Shown here: positions 11,701 to 23,673 of the stretch, piece by piece | How the letters are laid out: each line of letters starts with the position of its first letter | Numbering within the stretch: position 1 is the stretch's first letter | Origin: Thecamonas trahens ATCC 50062 | Lineage: Eukaryota; Protista; Apusomonadida | Direction: 5' to 3' | DNA length: 64,000 bases | Assembly: GCF_000142905.1 (NCBI RefSeq) | Contig: NW_013657673.1 | Span: 372,001 to 436,000, forward strand | Made by a program: the position numbers and the translations under genes | Notes under the pieces: model-generated | What the model saw: only the letters and a program-made list of their open reading frames with translations | The model's database searches: none | What the model was told of the DNA's origin: nothing

Positions 11701-14120
11701 CAGGTACAGGGCAATGGCATCGGCAAACTCGCCCTCATCGGCCTTGAACTTGGCTGCCTCCCCAAACTGGGCCGTCTCCATCAGCCAGCCAAAGTACTCC
11801 TCTTTGTAGGTGGCCAGGCCCGGGAAGTTACCCTCGCGCGCGACCCGCAGCGCCTCGCCGTGCTTGTGCAGACCCTGCCACATGCGCATGGCTTCTTGGA
11901 CGCCGGCCTCGCCGCCGTAGCGAAGGAGTAGCGACTCGGCCTCGCGAGGTGTGCCGCGAAGCACCAGCAGTCGCGCCTGGACCGCGTAGTGTGAGGCGCC
12001 ATCGACCGAGGCCCGCGCCAGCGCCAGCACGTCTTTGAGGTACGCGGCCTTGGCCACGTCGCCGGTCGCCGCGTAGCACCTGTGCGCCACCACGAGGTTA
12101 CCGGCCTCCAGCGCAAGGCTACCAAGCGTGGCCCACATGCCGGCTGCCTGCGGCGATGCCGGGTCGAGCACCTCGAGCATGGCAATGGCGCGGCCAAAGT
12201 CTGAGTCTTGCAGGGCAGCGCCAAACTCGATAAGGCCCTCGTCGAGAACCACCTGCGAGGTGTTGAAACCATCATCAACGGCCACGTACGTGGTGCCGTC
12301 GGCACGGACAATCGAGTCGACGTCGCCAGCAATGGGGAAAGTCTCGCATGACGACGGTGACGCAACCGAGTACCAGACGTGGAGCGTCGAGCGCGACTGG
12401 GCAACCACTACGTCCGAAAAAGGCACCCACTGAACGTAGGAGCAGTACGAGAGGAGCGTGACCTTGTCACCAGGCGCGTGGGCGCCCGGGCCGGCGTCGG
12501 CAGCGGCGACAGACTCGCGCGATGCGTTGCCCGAGCCCGCCTCAAGGAAGACCAGGTAGAGGAACTTGGTCTTGTCGCGGAAGAGCAGATAGTCGCCGTT
12601 GCGAGAGAGCTCGAGCCAGTCGACCTTCTTGTCGTGAGTGATCGAGACCGCAGCCGCGTCGTAGGCGTCGGACGCGAGCGTCGAGACAGAGATGGTGAAA
12701 GGGTCGAGGAGGTAGGCGAGCTTGGCCGGAGTAGCGGCCAGCTGCGACGGGACGCAGATGGAGAGCCGGTGCGGGTTGACAACCTCGGTCCTCACAGTGG
12801 CGAGCGGGACGGAGACGCCGTACTGGACGAGCGTCAGCTCGCCGGCGTTGAAGATCATGCACACGGACGGGTTGTCAAAGTAGAACTTTCGTTGCCCGAG
12901 CCGGCCCAGGGAATTTCCGACACCGCCAGGCGGCCGAGGTCAGCCGCAAGGAGCGAGGTCGGAGTGGTGGCGATGAGGTAGCGGCCTTGAAAAATGTTGA
13001 TCTTCTCGATCTCGGGCCCGCGCTCGGCCTTGACGAGCACCCCGTCCGAGGCAGCAGACTCGGGGATGGCCGAAGAAGCAAGAAGCGGCTTGACAAGGAC
13101 CTGGTTGGCGGCGAGATAGGTAAATTCAAACTGGCCGCGGTAGCGGGCACGCTTGAGGGCAGCGTCGAACATCTCCATGCAGCCCGGGGCCGAGCCGGCA
13201 ACCAGCCGTGAGCCCGACGGTGACCAGGCAAACGAGGAGAGTGCGCCCATGCCGGATGCCGGCTTGGTACCGGCAATGACCCAGCGGCTCCGCGCGGGTG
13301 ACCAGGTGAGGAGGTAGATGGCCGAGTACGAGCCAAGGACGGCAGCGGCGCCCGACGGCGAGACGGCGAGCGTGGTGAGCGGACCGTAGCTAGGGTCGCG
13401 TGAAAAGTCGAGCGGAACTTGCGAAGTCGCCGGCGGATTGTCGGCGGTGAGGCAGTAGACCTTGTTGTCAGAGGCCGGAACGAGGATGGACGAGCCCCAG
13501 CCGACGCTCAGCGGGACGGCCGGCGCCACCGAGGCCTTAAAGTGGCTCGCCGGTGCGCCGTCGTGGTCAAACTCAAAGACAAAGAGCGTGCCGTCGAGGT
13601 GGGCAAAGACGGCCGAGTGGCCCGATGGGCCGGGCGCGGCGGCGACAAGCGGCGAGTCGGTATCGTACAGCGGCGCTGCCTTCTTCCGCTTGAGGTTACC
13701 AACCTTGACCGCACCGGACGCGTCGCCAAAGAGAAGCTCATTTGGCCGAAGCGCTGGCCAGACCAGGGCCGTCAGCGGCGCTGCAGCGGCAAACTTGTTG
13801 CAGATCGCCTTTGAGGCGCCCCACTCTGCGCCAAGTTTGTAGACAAAGACCGTCGAGTCTGACTGGGCGATGGCGAGCTTGGTCGAGTCTGGTGAAAAGG
13901 CCATAGCCACGACCTTGTACGACTTGGCCGCACCCTTGCCACCACCTGGTTTGGTAGCAAACTTGTCCTTCCGCTCTCCAGACGCAGGGTCGAACAGGTG
14001 GACGACCCGGTCGGCTGTCGCAGCCGCCAGCCGCATGTTGTTGCCCGCAAACGCCAGTGCGTCCACACGGTGGTCGCGCTTCTTGCTCCCCGCCAGCGTC
14101 GTCACGTGCCGGAGGTGCAT
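8778..14120 (-). CDS. IFT172: Intraflagellar transport protein 172; frameshifts near 12888, 9460, 9358
   Basis: N-terminal WD40 with RKDKFATKP, AFSPDSTKLAIAQSDSTVFVYKLGAEWG..KAICNKF, then [27 protein letters not shown] after repair. Long TPR solenoid, PADRLFYEAG, AFVAWNRFVDIADAM, and a Cys-rich C-terminus. Confidence 0.97.
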
Positions 14121-14224
14121 AGTAAGGGGGGAGTATGGGGGTTGGAGTGTGACTTGGAGTGTGTGTGTGTGTGTGGGCGTGCGTGTATGTGTGTGTGGAC
14201 GGCAAGGGGTAGGTGGGGGAGGGG

Positions 14225-14406
14225 NNNNNNNNNNNNNNNNNNNNNNNNNNNNNNNNNNNNNNNNNNNNNNNNNNNNNNNNNNNNNNNNNNNNNNNNNNNN
14301 NNNNNNNNNNNNNNNNNNNNNNNNNNNNNNNNNNNNNNNNNNNNNNNNNNNNNNNNNNNNNNNNNNNNNNNNNNNNNNNNNNNNNNNNNNNNNNNNNNNN
14401 NNNNNN
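14225..14406. other. Assembly gap (other gaps at 16161-16586, 24530-24629, 43436-43906)
   Basis: N runs, each flanked by G/C homopolymer or (GT)n low-complexity intergenic DNA. Confidence 0.99.
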
Positions 14407-14780
14407 GGTGCGTGTGGGCGGTGGGATGGGGATGGGGATGGGGATGGGGATGGGGATGGGGATGGTGGTGACTTATGTTGTGTATGGTTGTATGTGTTTG
14501 TGTTTGTGGGTGGGTGGCGCTGGGGGTGGGGTGGGGGGGGGGGGGGGGGGTGTGGGGGGTGTATGTGATAAAAAATTTGACCCCCTTTTGAGGGGGGAAG
14601 GCGGGGAGGGGAGGGGGATGGCAGTCATCTCGGTTGTCTGGTGTCGCTTCGACGGCAAGGGACAAGGGCTTGATTGGCGAGCTCGATGAGATCTAGCTTG
14701 GGTTAGAGAGAAAGGAGATGGACCACGGAAGTGAAGGGCTGGACTGCACGGTTGGCTATGTTCTAGCGTGCTGTGTCGTG

Positions 14781-15970
14781 TTATCGGTCGGAGAGCGGCG
14801 ACGGCGACGGTGGCGTGATCTCGCCTGCTGCGGGGAGGGAGAGGGGCGTCGCGGTGGTGGGCGGCAGGTCGTGGCCAGCGATCGGAACGTACGGAGCGTT
14901 CGAGGAGGGGTGGAGGAAGCAAAACGGAATGGTCGGTGCATCGGGAGCGTCCGAGCTGTGGAGCTGGATGTGGAGGTGTGGCGAGGGGCAGAAGCCAGCT
15001 TGGCCCGAGGCGCAGATGACGTCGCCGGCGGCGACGGCATCGCCGACGGCCACGGTCAGCGAGCCCGGTGCGATGTGGACATATTCAACAAAGCGGCCAT
15101 TGTCGAGGGCAATCAAGATCGAATTCCAGCCAAAGAGGTTGCCGGTGTGGCCACCCCACGCCTTGGAGCCGTCGCGGACGGAAGCGACCGTGCCAGCAGC
15201 AATGGCACGCAATGGTGTACCCGCTGGACATGCAAGGTCATACGCGTGCCGAGTGTGCGGAAGAAAGTGAGTAAAGGCGCCGCACACGCCCTGCGAGCAG
15301 CAGTACGTCCCCGGGGCTGCGCTTGGCGGCACCTCCATTGGCAGAGGGTACACATCACCTCCGCAGCTCGCCACATACGCATCGAGAGCCTCGGGCTGGC
15401 GCAGTGCCAGCGCGCCGTGGCAGGCGTCGGCCCAGTCGGCCACCGCCAGCTCCGAGATGTCCGAGACCAGCGCGGCAGTGTAGGCCTCGAGCACTGCATC
15501 CGGATCGTCAAAAAGCGGCGGGGGTCAAGACCAGCATCCACGTCGACGTGCTCGACATAACCGAGGTCCACGACGCTAGTCGGAGGGACGACAACAACGA
15601 GTGTGGTGACATCGATGGGACCGTCCGCGTCTGCGGTCTGTGCCGGGGCCGAGGGATAGCGATCGCCGTCGGCATCGACAACAACAAACGGTGGCAGAAT
15701 GGTAAGGTAGGCGACAAGACAGACGTTCTCTGCAACGTTGGCCACTGAGAGCAGGCCATCATCTGGATCCATCCACACCTCGGGCAGCTCCGGATGTTGA
15801 CCATCTGACGGCAACACATCATCCGGCAGCGGATCGTGGCCGACTAACCGAGACAGAGTAAGTGATTCTGGTGTGGTAAACAGCGTGCATCCGGCCGTAT
15901 GGAACCTCGAGTTGTTCCCTTCCGCCATGCCTTGTTCCTCTGCATCGTCTCCTTGCCCACGGCTCGCCAT
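14781..15970 (-). CDS. M23 family metallopeptidase-domain protein; frameshift near 15512
   Basis: SQGVCGAFTH....HAYDLACPAGTPLRAIAAGTV, YVHI..GSLTVAVGDAVAAGDVI..SGQAGF.PSPHLHIQ (HxH motif). Joined to the acidic N-terminal ORF 15113-15970 by +1 T in a T5 run. Confidence 0.85.
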
Positions 15971-16895
15971 GGCCGGTTGGTGGGTGGGGGGGGGGGGGGG
16001 GATAGGGGTACACCCGTCGCGGTTGGTGGGGAAGGACGCGGGTAAGATGTGTGTGTGGGGTGTGGTGGGATGTGGGCAGGTTGGTTGGGGAGGTGTGTGT
16101 GTGTGTGTGTGGGCGTGTGTGGGTGTGTGTGTGGGTGTGGAGGGCAGAGGTGGGGGGAGTNNNNNNNNNNNNNNNNNNNNNNNNNNNNNNNNNNNNNNNN
16201 NNNNNNNNNNNNNNNNNNNNNNNNNNNNNNNNNNNNNNNNNNNNNNNNNNNNNNNNNNNNNNNNNNNNNNNNNNNNNNNNNNNNNNNNNNNNNNNNNNNN
16301 NNNNNNNNNNNNNNNNNNNNNNNNNNNNNNNNNNNNNNNNNNNNNNNNNNNNNNNNNNNNNNNNNNNNNNNNNNNNNNNNNNNNNNNNNNNNNNNNNNNN
16401 NNNNNNNNNNNNNNNNNNNNNNNNNNNNNNNNNNNNNNNNNNNNNNNNNNNNNNNNNNNNNNNNNNNNNNNNNNNNNNNNNNNNNNNNNNNNNNNNNNNN
16501 NNNNNNNNNNNNNNNNNNNNNNNNNNNNNNNNNNNNNNNNNNNNNNNNNNNNNNNNNNNNNNNNNNNNNNNNNNNNNNNNNNNNNNTATCGCCGAATGTG
16601 TGTGGGTGTGGAGGGCAGAGGTGGGGGGTGGGGGGTGGGGGGGCGGGGGGGGGGGGGGGGGGGGGAGGGGATGGCGATGCGGGGTGGAACTCGGAGGTGG
16701 CGACCTGTGGTTTGTGGTATGCTGTTGGAGAAGATCGGGGTGGGTGGGGGTGGCGATTTCTGCCGTGGCGCGGGCTGGGCTGGGATGTCTCATCGGCGCG
16801 CATGCTCGCGTGCAGGGGCGGGCCCAGAAGCCGATCACACACTCACTCCTGCCATGTTCTCCTGCCTCGTGCAACGAGACCGTTTTGCTCGGCAG

Positions 16896-17918
16896 ATGAA
16901 GCGCGGTTGGTGGTTTACTCCTTTGCTGGTCTTGGTGGGTCTGGCGGTGATGGCGGTGATGGCGGTGGCGGGACGTACGTATCCGTCGCACTGGAGCTGT
17001 GTGGACGTCGATTCAGGAAGCGTGGGAAGCGGGCGCGTGGCGTGGCGACAGATCAACTGCACTGGCTCGGGAAGGGCAGAGGACAAGCTTGGAATCATCC
17101 GCCCTTGGCATGTTGGCCCGCTTGTCTTCAATCTAGTCGAGGCGGCGCTGGACGGCCCGCGCGCGGTGGCGATGCGGGCAGCTGTGGCGCCGATGAGTGA
17201 CGGCCAGCTAGCGCCGCTACCGGCGATCGCCCAGGGCGTCCCTGGTGCAGTTGCCGCCATTAACGGGGGCTTCTTCTTTCGTCTCGACGACAAGTCGTTT
17301 GTTGACGATGTGTGCTGGACCAAGGATCGCGCCGAGGCCGCCCGCAACGTCTCGGCCGACCATCCGAGCTGGGGCATTGGGGACTGCGCCACAGTCATCG
17401 ATGGCGTCGCCCACTCGTACAACTGCGACAAGCCCGGCTACGCCCGTCCGGCGGTACTTGTCATGGACGGTGCCAGCTCGCACATTGGCGTCCTGCACCG
17501 CGGTGAGCAGGTTCTGCCCGGCACGCGCCATGCCCTCGCCGCCGGGCCCATCCTTGTCAACGATGGCGAGTTTGCCATCCCCGAAGACGATCTCAACGTC
17601 AACATCTGGTCACACTCATCCAACAGCGCGCTCGGACTCGTCTCCTCCGCGGGCGGTGTACTCTCCGTCGCTCTCGTTGTGGCCGACGGCCACGACGGAT
17701 GCCACGCCGACGATCCGACTTGCGGCATCTCGGCTGCTCCCATGGCCTACTTTCTCAAGGACGTTGTCGGCGCGTCATCAGCCATGGCACTTGACCAGGG
17801 CGGCTCGTCGACGTTGTGGATCAATGACGCTCCCGGCGTCGGCCCTGGCCGGGTCATCTCCAACCCCGGCTCCGGCCTGCGCCACATCTTCAACGGCCTC
17901 TTCTTTGTCGAGCCGTAG
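16896..17918 (+). CDS. Secreted phosphodiester glycosidase (NAGPA/DUF2233 family)
   Basis: Signal peptide MKRGWWFTPLLVLVGLAVMAV; motifs AAINGGFF, ALAAGPILV, AMALDQGGSSTL. Confidence 0.85.
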   Translation: MKRGWWFTPLLVLVGLAVMAVMAVAGRTYPSHWSCVDVDSGSVGSGRVAWRQINCTGSGRAEDKLGIIRPWHVGPLVFNLVEAALDGPRAVAMRAAVAPMSDGQLAPLPAIAQGVPGAVAAINGGFFFRLDDKSFVDDVCWTKDRAEAARNVSADHPSWGIGDCATVIDGVAHSYNCDKPGYARPAVLVMDGASSHIGVLHRGEQVLPGTRHALAAGPILVNDGEFAIPEDDLNVNIWSHSSNSALGLVSSAGGVLSVALVVADGHDGCHADDPTCGISAAPMAYFLKDVVGASSAMALDQGGSSTLWINDAPGVGPGRVISNPGSGLRHIFNGLFFVEP

Positions 17919-18274
17919 CAGCCCATGTCGTTACCTGCACGCAGAGATCCGACGTAGTCCATGATGGATGAGATGGCGCTCTTGCGACAGATCCCCCCTA
18001 ACTTGACTCACCCGGGCTTGCCATCCATCACCCGCCACAATCACGCCCGTCACACGTTCATGCCCAAGAAGTGTCCATCATCTTACCACGTCTCCTGGGC
18101 CACGCCATGGGCCTTGCTGTCACTACGACCAAAAGGCAGCAAAGGAAGAAAAAAAGGAACTGTCACCCATTGTCGGCCTGCGTGGAACCACAGAAAGTGT
18201 GGCACTTGCTCCTGGCACCCAACCCGTGGTGCCCCCCCCCCCCCCTGCTTGCACCTGCACCTCACTCACCTCGC

Positions 18275-21055
18275 ATGGCAGACGAGGACGGTACAACCAC
18301 ATCCCCTCCTGAGGTTGGACCCGAGGGAGAGGGGAACATCCCAGATGGGCAGCATGTAGAGCGGTGGAGTGCCGAGGAGGTGGGCCATTGGTTGGCCTCC
18401 CTGCCCGAGGTCCACCTTGACGACCAAGTCATTGCTGCTGTGGTTGCCGAGGGCATTGATGGTGGTGTGCTGGACATGGTCGATGTCGATGTGCTGGACA
18501 AGGTCGGTGTGCCTACCATTGGTCTTCAACTCAGAGTCCTTAAGGCCATTCGATCGCTCCTTGCTGCCTCGGGTGTCTGCTCTCCTGCTGGCCTCCCCGG
18601 CCCGCCCACCCCGCTCCGTGGCCTGCTCTCGCCGGCTTTGTCGTCATCGACGGTCTCGCAATCGCCAGCATCGACATCAGCCCCTTCGCCACTTGCCCGG
18701 ACAAGGAGCATGGCATCGGGCGCTGGCACTGATGTGGCAGGCCCGTCGGCAGAGGCGAGCATGGAGGTTGATCCGTATCTCAAGGCTGGGCGCGCGGCGG
18801 CCGAGCAGATGATCCGGGTGGCGGCGTCGATGGCCCACATCTCGCCGTTCAACTACGAGACGCAGCAGCCAGCCACAGGCTGGAAGTTTGCCAAGCTCAA
18901 CCGTGGCGTCCTCATCTACAAGCGGACCATGCCCGGCTCGGCCTCGCACGCCTTTCTGGGCAAGGGCGTCGTCGGCGTCCCACCCGAGTCGGTCTACCAT
19001 GTCCTGGCCAACCCGCACTCGCGCCGGTTCTACAAAAGACACTCAAGTCGCTCGACGTTGTTGTCAAGCTCTCCGAGGACGAGCACCATTGCTGCCAGAT
19101 CGTCCATGCATTTCACGTCACCTCGCGGTGCCTGATGAAGCACGCTCGCGATTTTGCGTGTGTCATGTACAACGGCGTCACCAACTCGAACCGGTGCTTT
19201 GTCTCGGCCACCACCGGCGCGGTCCACCCGCTCTGTCCGCACATGGACGGCGTTGTCCGCGGCCATGTCAAGGCCTCATCCTGGTTTGTCGAGCCGTACG
19301 GCGAGGCCGACTCGATGGTCACCTTTTTCTCGCATGTCGAGTTTGGTGGCCGCCTGCCGACCTCGGTCGTCAACCTCGTCTCCATCGGACAGCCCATGTG
19401 CATCTACCAGCTCGGCCTGCTCATGCTAGAGCGCAAAAAGCTGACCGCTCTTCTCCAGCCGCCGCGTCCGCCGCTCGAGGCCCTTGCTCTCTGCAAGCCG
19501 TATCTCACCCCGCACGAGCAGTCGGAGATCCTCGGCTACGACCTAGTCTACTTTGCTGGGCCCTACGCACGCAAGCGCGGGCCGACGGCCTCGTCACTCA
19601 AGACCGCAAAGCGCGTCGGCCTCGACGAGCTCTCCGTCGGTCTCCTCACAACCTCGGCCGCACTCGGCGACGATGCCTTTCTTGACTCGTTCGACACTCC
19701 CGACGGCGAGTACGCGCTTTCGGTCCACGACCACATCGCCTTTCGCTACGAGGTCCTTGGCATGCTCTCTTGCGGCGTAACCTCGCAAGTTGTCAAGGTC
19801 TTTGACCACAAGACCCACACCACATGTGGCATCAAGATCATCAAGAACAAGCGCGTCTTTCGCCACATCGCCCTCTCGGAAATCGGGCATCTGAACGCTG
19901 TCGCCCGTGGCCGCGAAGCGCTCACCGATGACACCTTTGACGTCGCCGCCGCGCTCGCCGCTGCACCACATCCGCCCGACGCTGCACCCGCCGACACCGA
20001 CATTGCGCGCGCTGTCCTCGCCGTCGGCGCCGACTCGATCGGCGGGCTTATCCGCCACTTTGAGTTCCGCGGGCATCTGTGTATGGTCTTTGAGCTCATG
20101 AGCTCTAACCTGCTGAATGTGGTCAAGGTCAACCGCTACTCGCGTAACCTGACCATGCTTGCGCTGCAGGACATGGCCATCCAGGTCACCTCGGCGCTTG
20201 CCCTCCTGCACGCTCTTCAGATTGTTCACTGCGACCTCAAGCCCGAAAACATCCTCGTCCGGAACCCGGCTGCCACCGACGTCAAGGTCATCGACCTCGG
20301 CTCTGCACCTCGGAGCTGGCAGGCATGCGAAATACCCAGATGTATATCCAGACCCGCTACTACCGCGCGCCCGAGATCGTCCTCGGCTCGACGTTTACCA
20401 CTGCCATCGACGTGTGGTCGCTCGGCTGTGTGCTCGCCGAGGTCTACACCGGCCGCCCGCTCTTCCCAGCCCGCCACGAGTCAGAGCTGCTCCTTCTCAT
20501 CCGCGACATCCTTGGCGATCCTCCGCAGTCGGTCTTGCGCGCTGCCACCCGCCGCGAGCTCTTGGTCATGGGCGTCAGCGCCGACGACCCGCAGCTGCAG
20601 CTCCGTGATATGCGCTCGTTCGCACCTGGCCGCCGCGTGCCGACACCGGCCAACCTCAGCACCGCCCTTGGCTGCCACGACCCCTCTTTGTCGACTTTCT
20701 CTCGGCTTGCCTCGCCTGGGATCCTGCCGACCGCTGGCCTGCGCTCGCCCTACTCTCGCATCCGTGGCTCGCCCCGCGCTTCCGTGACCGCTTTGCCCCG
20801 CACCTCGCGCCACCATCGGTCGCCTCTGCTAGCGCCGCTGGCGATGCCGCCGGCCCCTCGGCCACCATCCTCTCGCCCGATTCGGCCGCTCCGCCACCAT
20901 CGTCGCGCCCGATATCGTCGGTCACTGCGGGCTCGTCCAGCACTGCCGTGTCATCGTCGATGGTTCCGCTCCAGTCCACACTCGCCGACGTCCCACCGTC
21001 GTCCGAGCACGTCCAGGAGCTGCTTTTCCGCAAGGAGGACTATTTTACCGTCTGA
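18275..21055 (+). CDS. SAM + START + DYRK (class 2-like) protein kinase; frameshifts near 19036, 20308, 20683
   Basis: SAM: WSAEEVGHWL...IDG..L....LDKVGVPTIGLQLRVLKAI. START: GWKF....GVLIYKR...FLGKGVV..PPE, RDF, GGRLP.SVVN. DYRK: LTPHEQSEILGY..VYFAG, FD...GEY....HDHIAFRYEVL, HCDLKPENIL, YIQTRYYRAPE, FVDFL..CL.WDP..R after repair. Confidence 0.85.
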
Positions 21056-21071
21056 TCACCTGCTAGCCCAC

Positions 21072-23038
21072 TCACACCTCATTGGCTGCAGCTCGCAGCT
21101 GCAGTGCCTTCGCGAGCTTGATGCCGAACGGGAGCAGACTCGCCTCATCATGCTTGATCAGGGCGAGAGTGAACTCTTCCAGCGATGACCTCGGGAGCGC
21201 CTCCAGGAATCGAGCGAGCGAGGTAAAGTCTGAAATCGACGACGCAAGCACCGTAGAGGAGGGATTGCTACCCGCCCCGCCCCGTCATCGTCGCCACCGC
21301 CAATGCCCCGCCCCCGTCATCGTCGCCACCGCCAATGACACCATTGAGTCCGTCGTCGAGTCCGTCGTCGAGCCCGTCGTCGAGCCCGTCGTCGAGTCCG
21401 TCGTCGAGTTCGTCGTCGAGTCCTTCGTCGAGCTCGGCATCAAGTCCGTCGTCGAGCTCGTCATCGAGTTCGGCCTCGAGCTCGTTGTCGTCAAGCTCAG
21501 CCTCGAGCTCGTTGTGGTTGTCCTCGTTTGCAAGGGGCTTGTCATCATGGGAGCGCGGCAGAATGATCGATGCAAACTCCATTGCTGCCACGCCATCGTC
21601 GTCGTCCAACTCGTCCAACTCTGGATCGTACACACCACTCGGCGCGGACACCTTGATGACCGGAGGCTGCGGGGGATGTCGTCGTCGAGGTCGTCCAGCA
21701 GGCCATCATCAAGTGCATCGTCCTCATTGCCGTCGTCTTCGTCGCCAATCTCTGCGAGCTCCTCCGCCCCTAGACCGTCGTCGTCAAGGTCGCCTTCGAG
21801 ATCCCCGTCTTCTTCGGCCTCGCTGTTGCTGCCTCCCTCAACCTCGCCATCGTCATCGTCGCCGAGATCCTCCTGCTCCCCATCGCTGCCGTTCACATCC
21901 GGCTCGCTGTCGCCATCATCGTCGGGCCATGGATGGGTCTCGTCTGCGACCCCGCCTCGGTCTCAGATTCGGGCGCCGGCTCAAGCTCGGCCTCGTGCTC
22001 TGGCTTTGGATCCGGCTTGTGCTCACGGTCGCGCTTCAGCTCACTTGGAAGCTCGTAGTACGACATCAGAGCGTACGACGGTGCGTGCCCGAGCTTTTGC
22101 AGCCCTGACGAGGTAGTGGGTACCGCCAAGTGTACGGCAGACGAGGCTTGAGCCTGAGCCTGGGCCTGGGCCTGGGCCTGGGCTTCAGCTTGGACCTGGG
22201 CCCGAGCTTGGGCCTGCGCCTGAAAGTACATGTGCTGCTGGTACATCATGAGGCGCTCGGCCTCCTCGCGCGCCTCCTGGGCGGCCATGGCGGCCTCCTG
22301 CACAAACATCTCTTGCTGGCGCAGCAAGTGCTCGTTGTAGAGAACCTGCTGCCGGCGGAGAAAGTCCATCTGGTGGCGGCGGACCTCGGTGTCGTCCATG
22401 ACCGGCAGCGGCGGGAGAGCGCCAGCAGCGGCGGCCTCGGGCGAGACAAACGAGACAGCCATGGGCTGCAGCGCACTAGCATCGTCATCATCATCGTCGT
22501 CCGCGTCGCGAACACAGGCCTTGCCAGTGCCGTCATCCTCTGCGTCGCTGTGATGTTCGGCATCGTTGTTGGAGCTGGTACCGTCGTCGGCAGAGAGCAG
22601 CGCTGTCCTAGTCCGGATCAGCGACGCAGCCGGAGCCACGGGGTCTGCAGGATCGTAGACAATGATGCGGACTTGATGTGGATGGAACGACTCGTAGAGG
22701 TAGATGATGTCTCCGTCATGGACCTGGACAGCGTCACCCTTGGCAAGTGCAACACGATCGGCAACGTTTTCCATGCAGCGGAGCTGGATCTCGTTGAGGC
22801 CAACCGAGGCGATGCTGAGAACTCGGGCATGCGGATCCCACAGAGTATGGAAGGAGGATCGAGAGACATGGGTGTCATCGATGGCGAGATTGAGGCGACC
22901 AAAGGTGGCCTTTCCGGGCGGGACCACCACCGGCTCGCCTTCCATGGGCAACAGATAGCAGTTTGCCCTCAGTGCCGTCCCCAGCCGAGTCTCTTCTTCT
23001 TCTTCTTCCCCTCCCACCCCGGTCCCAGCACCAGACAC
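21072..23038 (-). CDS. FHA-domain protein (PNKP/APTX/APLF-type FHA) with Q/A-rich and very acidic regions; several frameshifts, start uncertain
   Basis: FGR..LAIDDTHVSR...VGLN...LAKG...VHDGDIIYL matches the FHA pattern. ORFs 21893-23038, 21285-21896 and 21268-21651 chain by +1 G/C in runs to a TGA at 21074-21072. Confidence 0.6.
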
Positions 23039-23673
23039 CGTCCTGTCCCCGTTTCCTTGCCCAGCGCTAGTCCCCGAGCCGAGACCACGAGCACGCTTGG
23101 TAGGCGACTCGGAGGAGAGGCCAAGAGCCGAGCCATGACCAAAGCTATTATCTCCCTCTCCCCATCCTCTCCCACGCTCACCTCTTCCCCACCTTCCTCT
23201 TCCTCTCCAAATCTCCCTTGCCTACCCATGCCTATTCCCGAAGCACCACTCTCATCATCTTCCTCCCGCTCGCGCTTTCGCCCGCCATTACCTTGCCCTC
23301 CTGACATGGCGTAAAGTCGTCGACGTCGTTGGTTCTTTGCCATTCGCTGCTGTCGAGTCGCACAAGGGCCGAGCCGAGTCGCATACGGGTCGAGTCACGC
23401 CTTTGGGCTGAGATGGAGGCCGACTAGGAGGGGGGGATTGGGTTGCTTTTATGTCAATCATCGTGATCGTGGTATTTTCCCCATGATGGGATGAGACGGC
23501 ACGTAATCTAGGCGCGTGTAGGCATGTGGATGTGAGGCACGGAACGATGCAAGGCCAGCGGCGGTCAGGTCGGTGACGGAATGTGCGGCGGAAGGCAGCA
23601 CAGCCGCAAGTCATCTTACTGCAAGTGGCGCACACGGCACAGTGCACGTTCATCTGCACGGTGCGAGCGGCTA

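Noticed and set aside
16125-16630. Same roughly 35-nt sequence on both sides of the N gap (likewise around 43410 and 43907)
   Set aside because: Probably overlapping contig ends that failed to merge at G runs, not a biological repeat.
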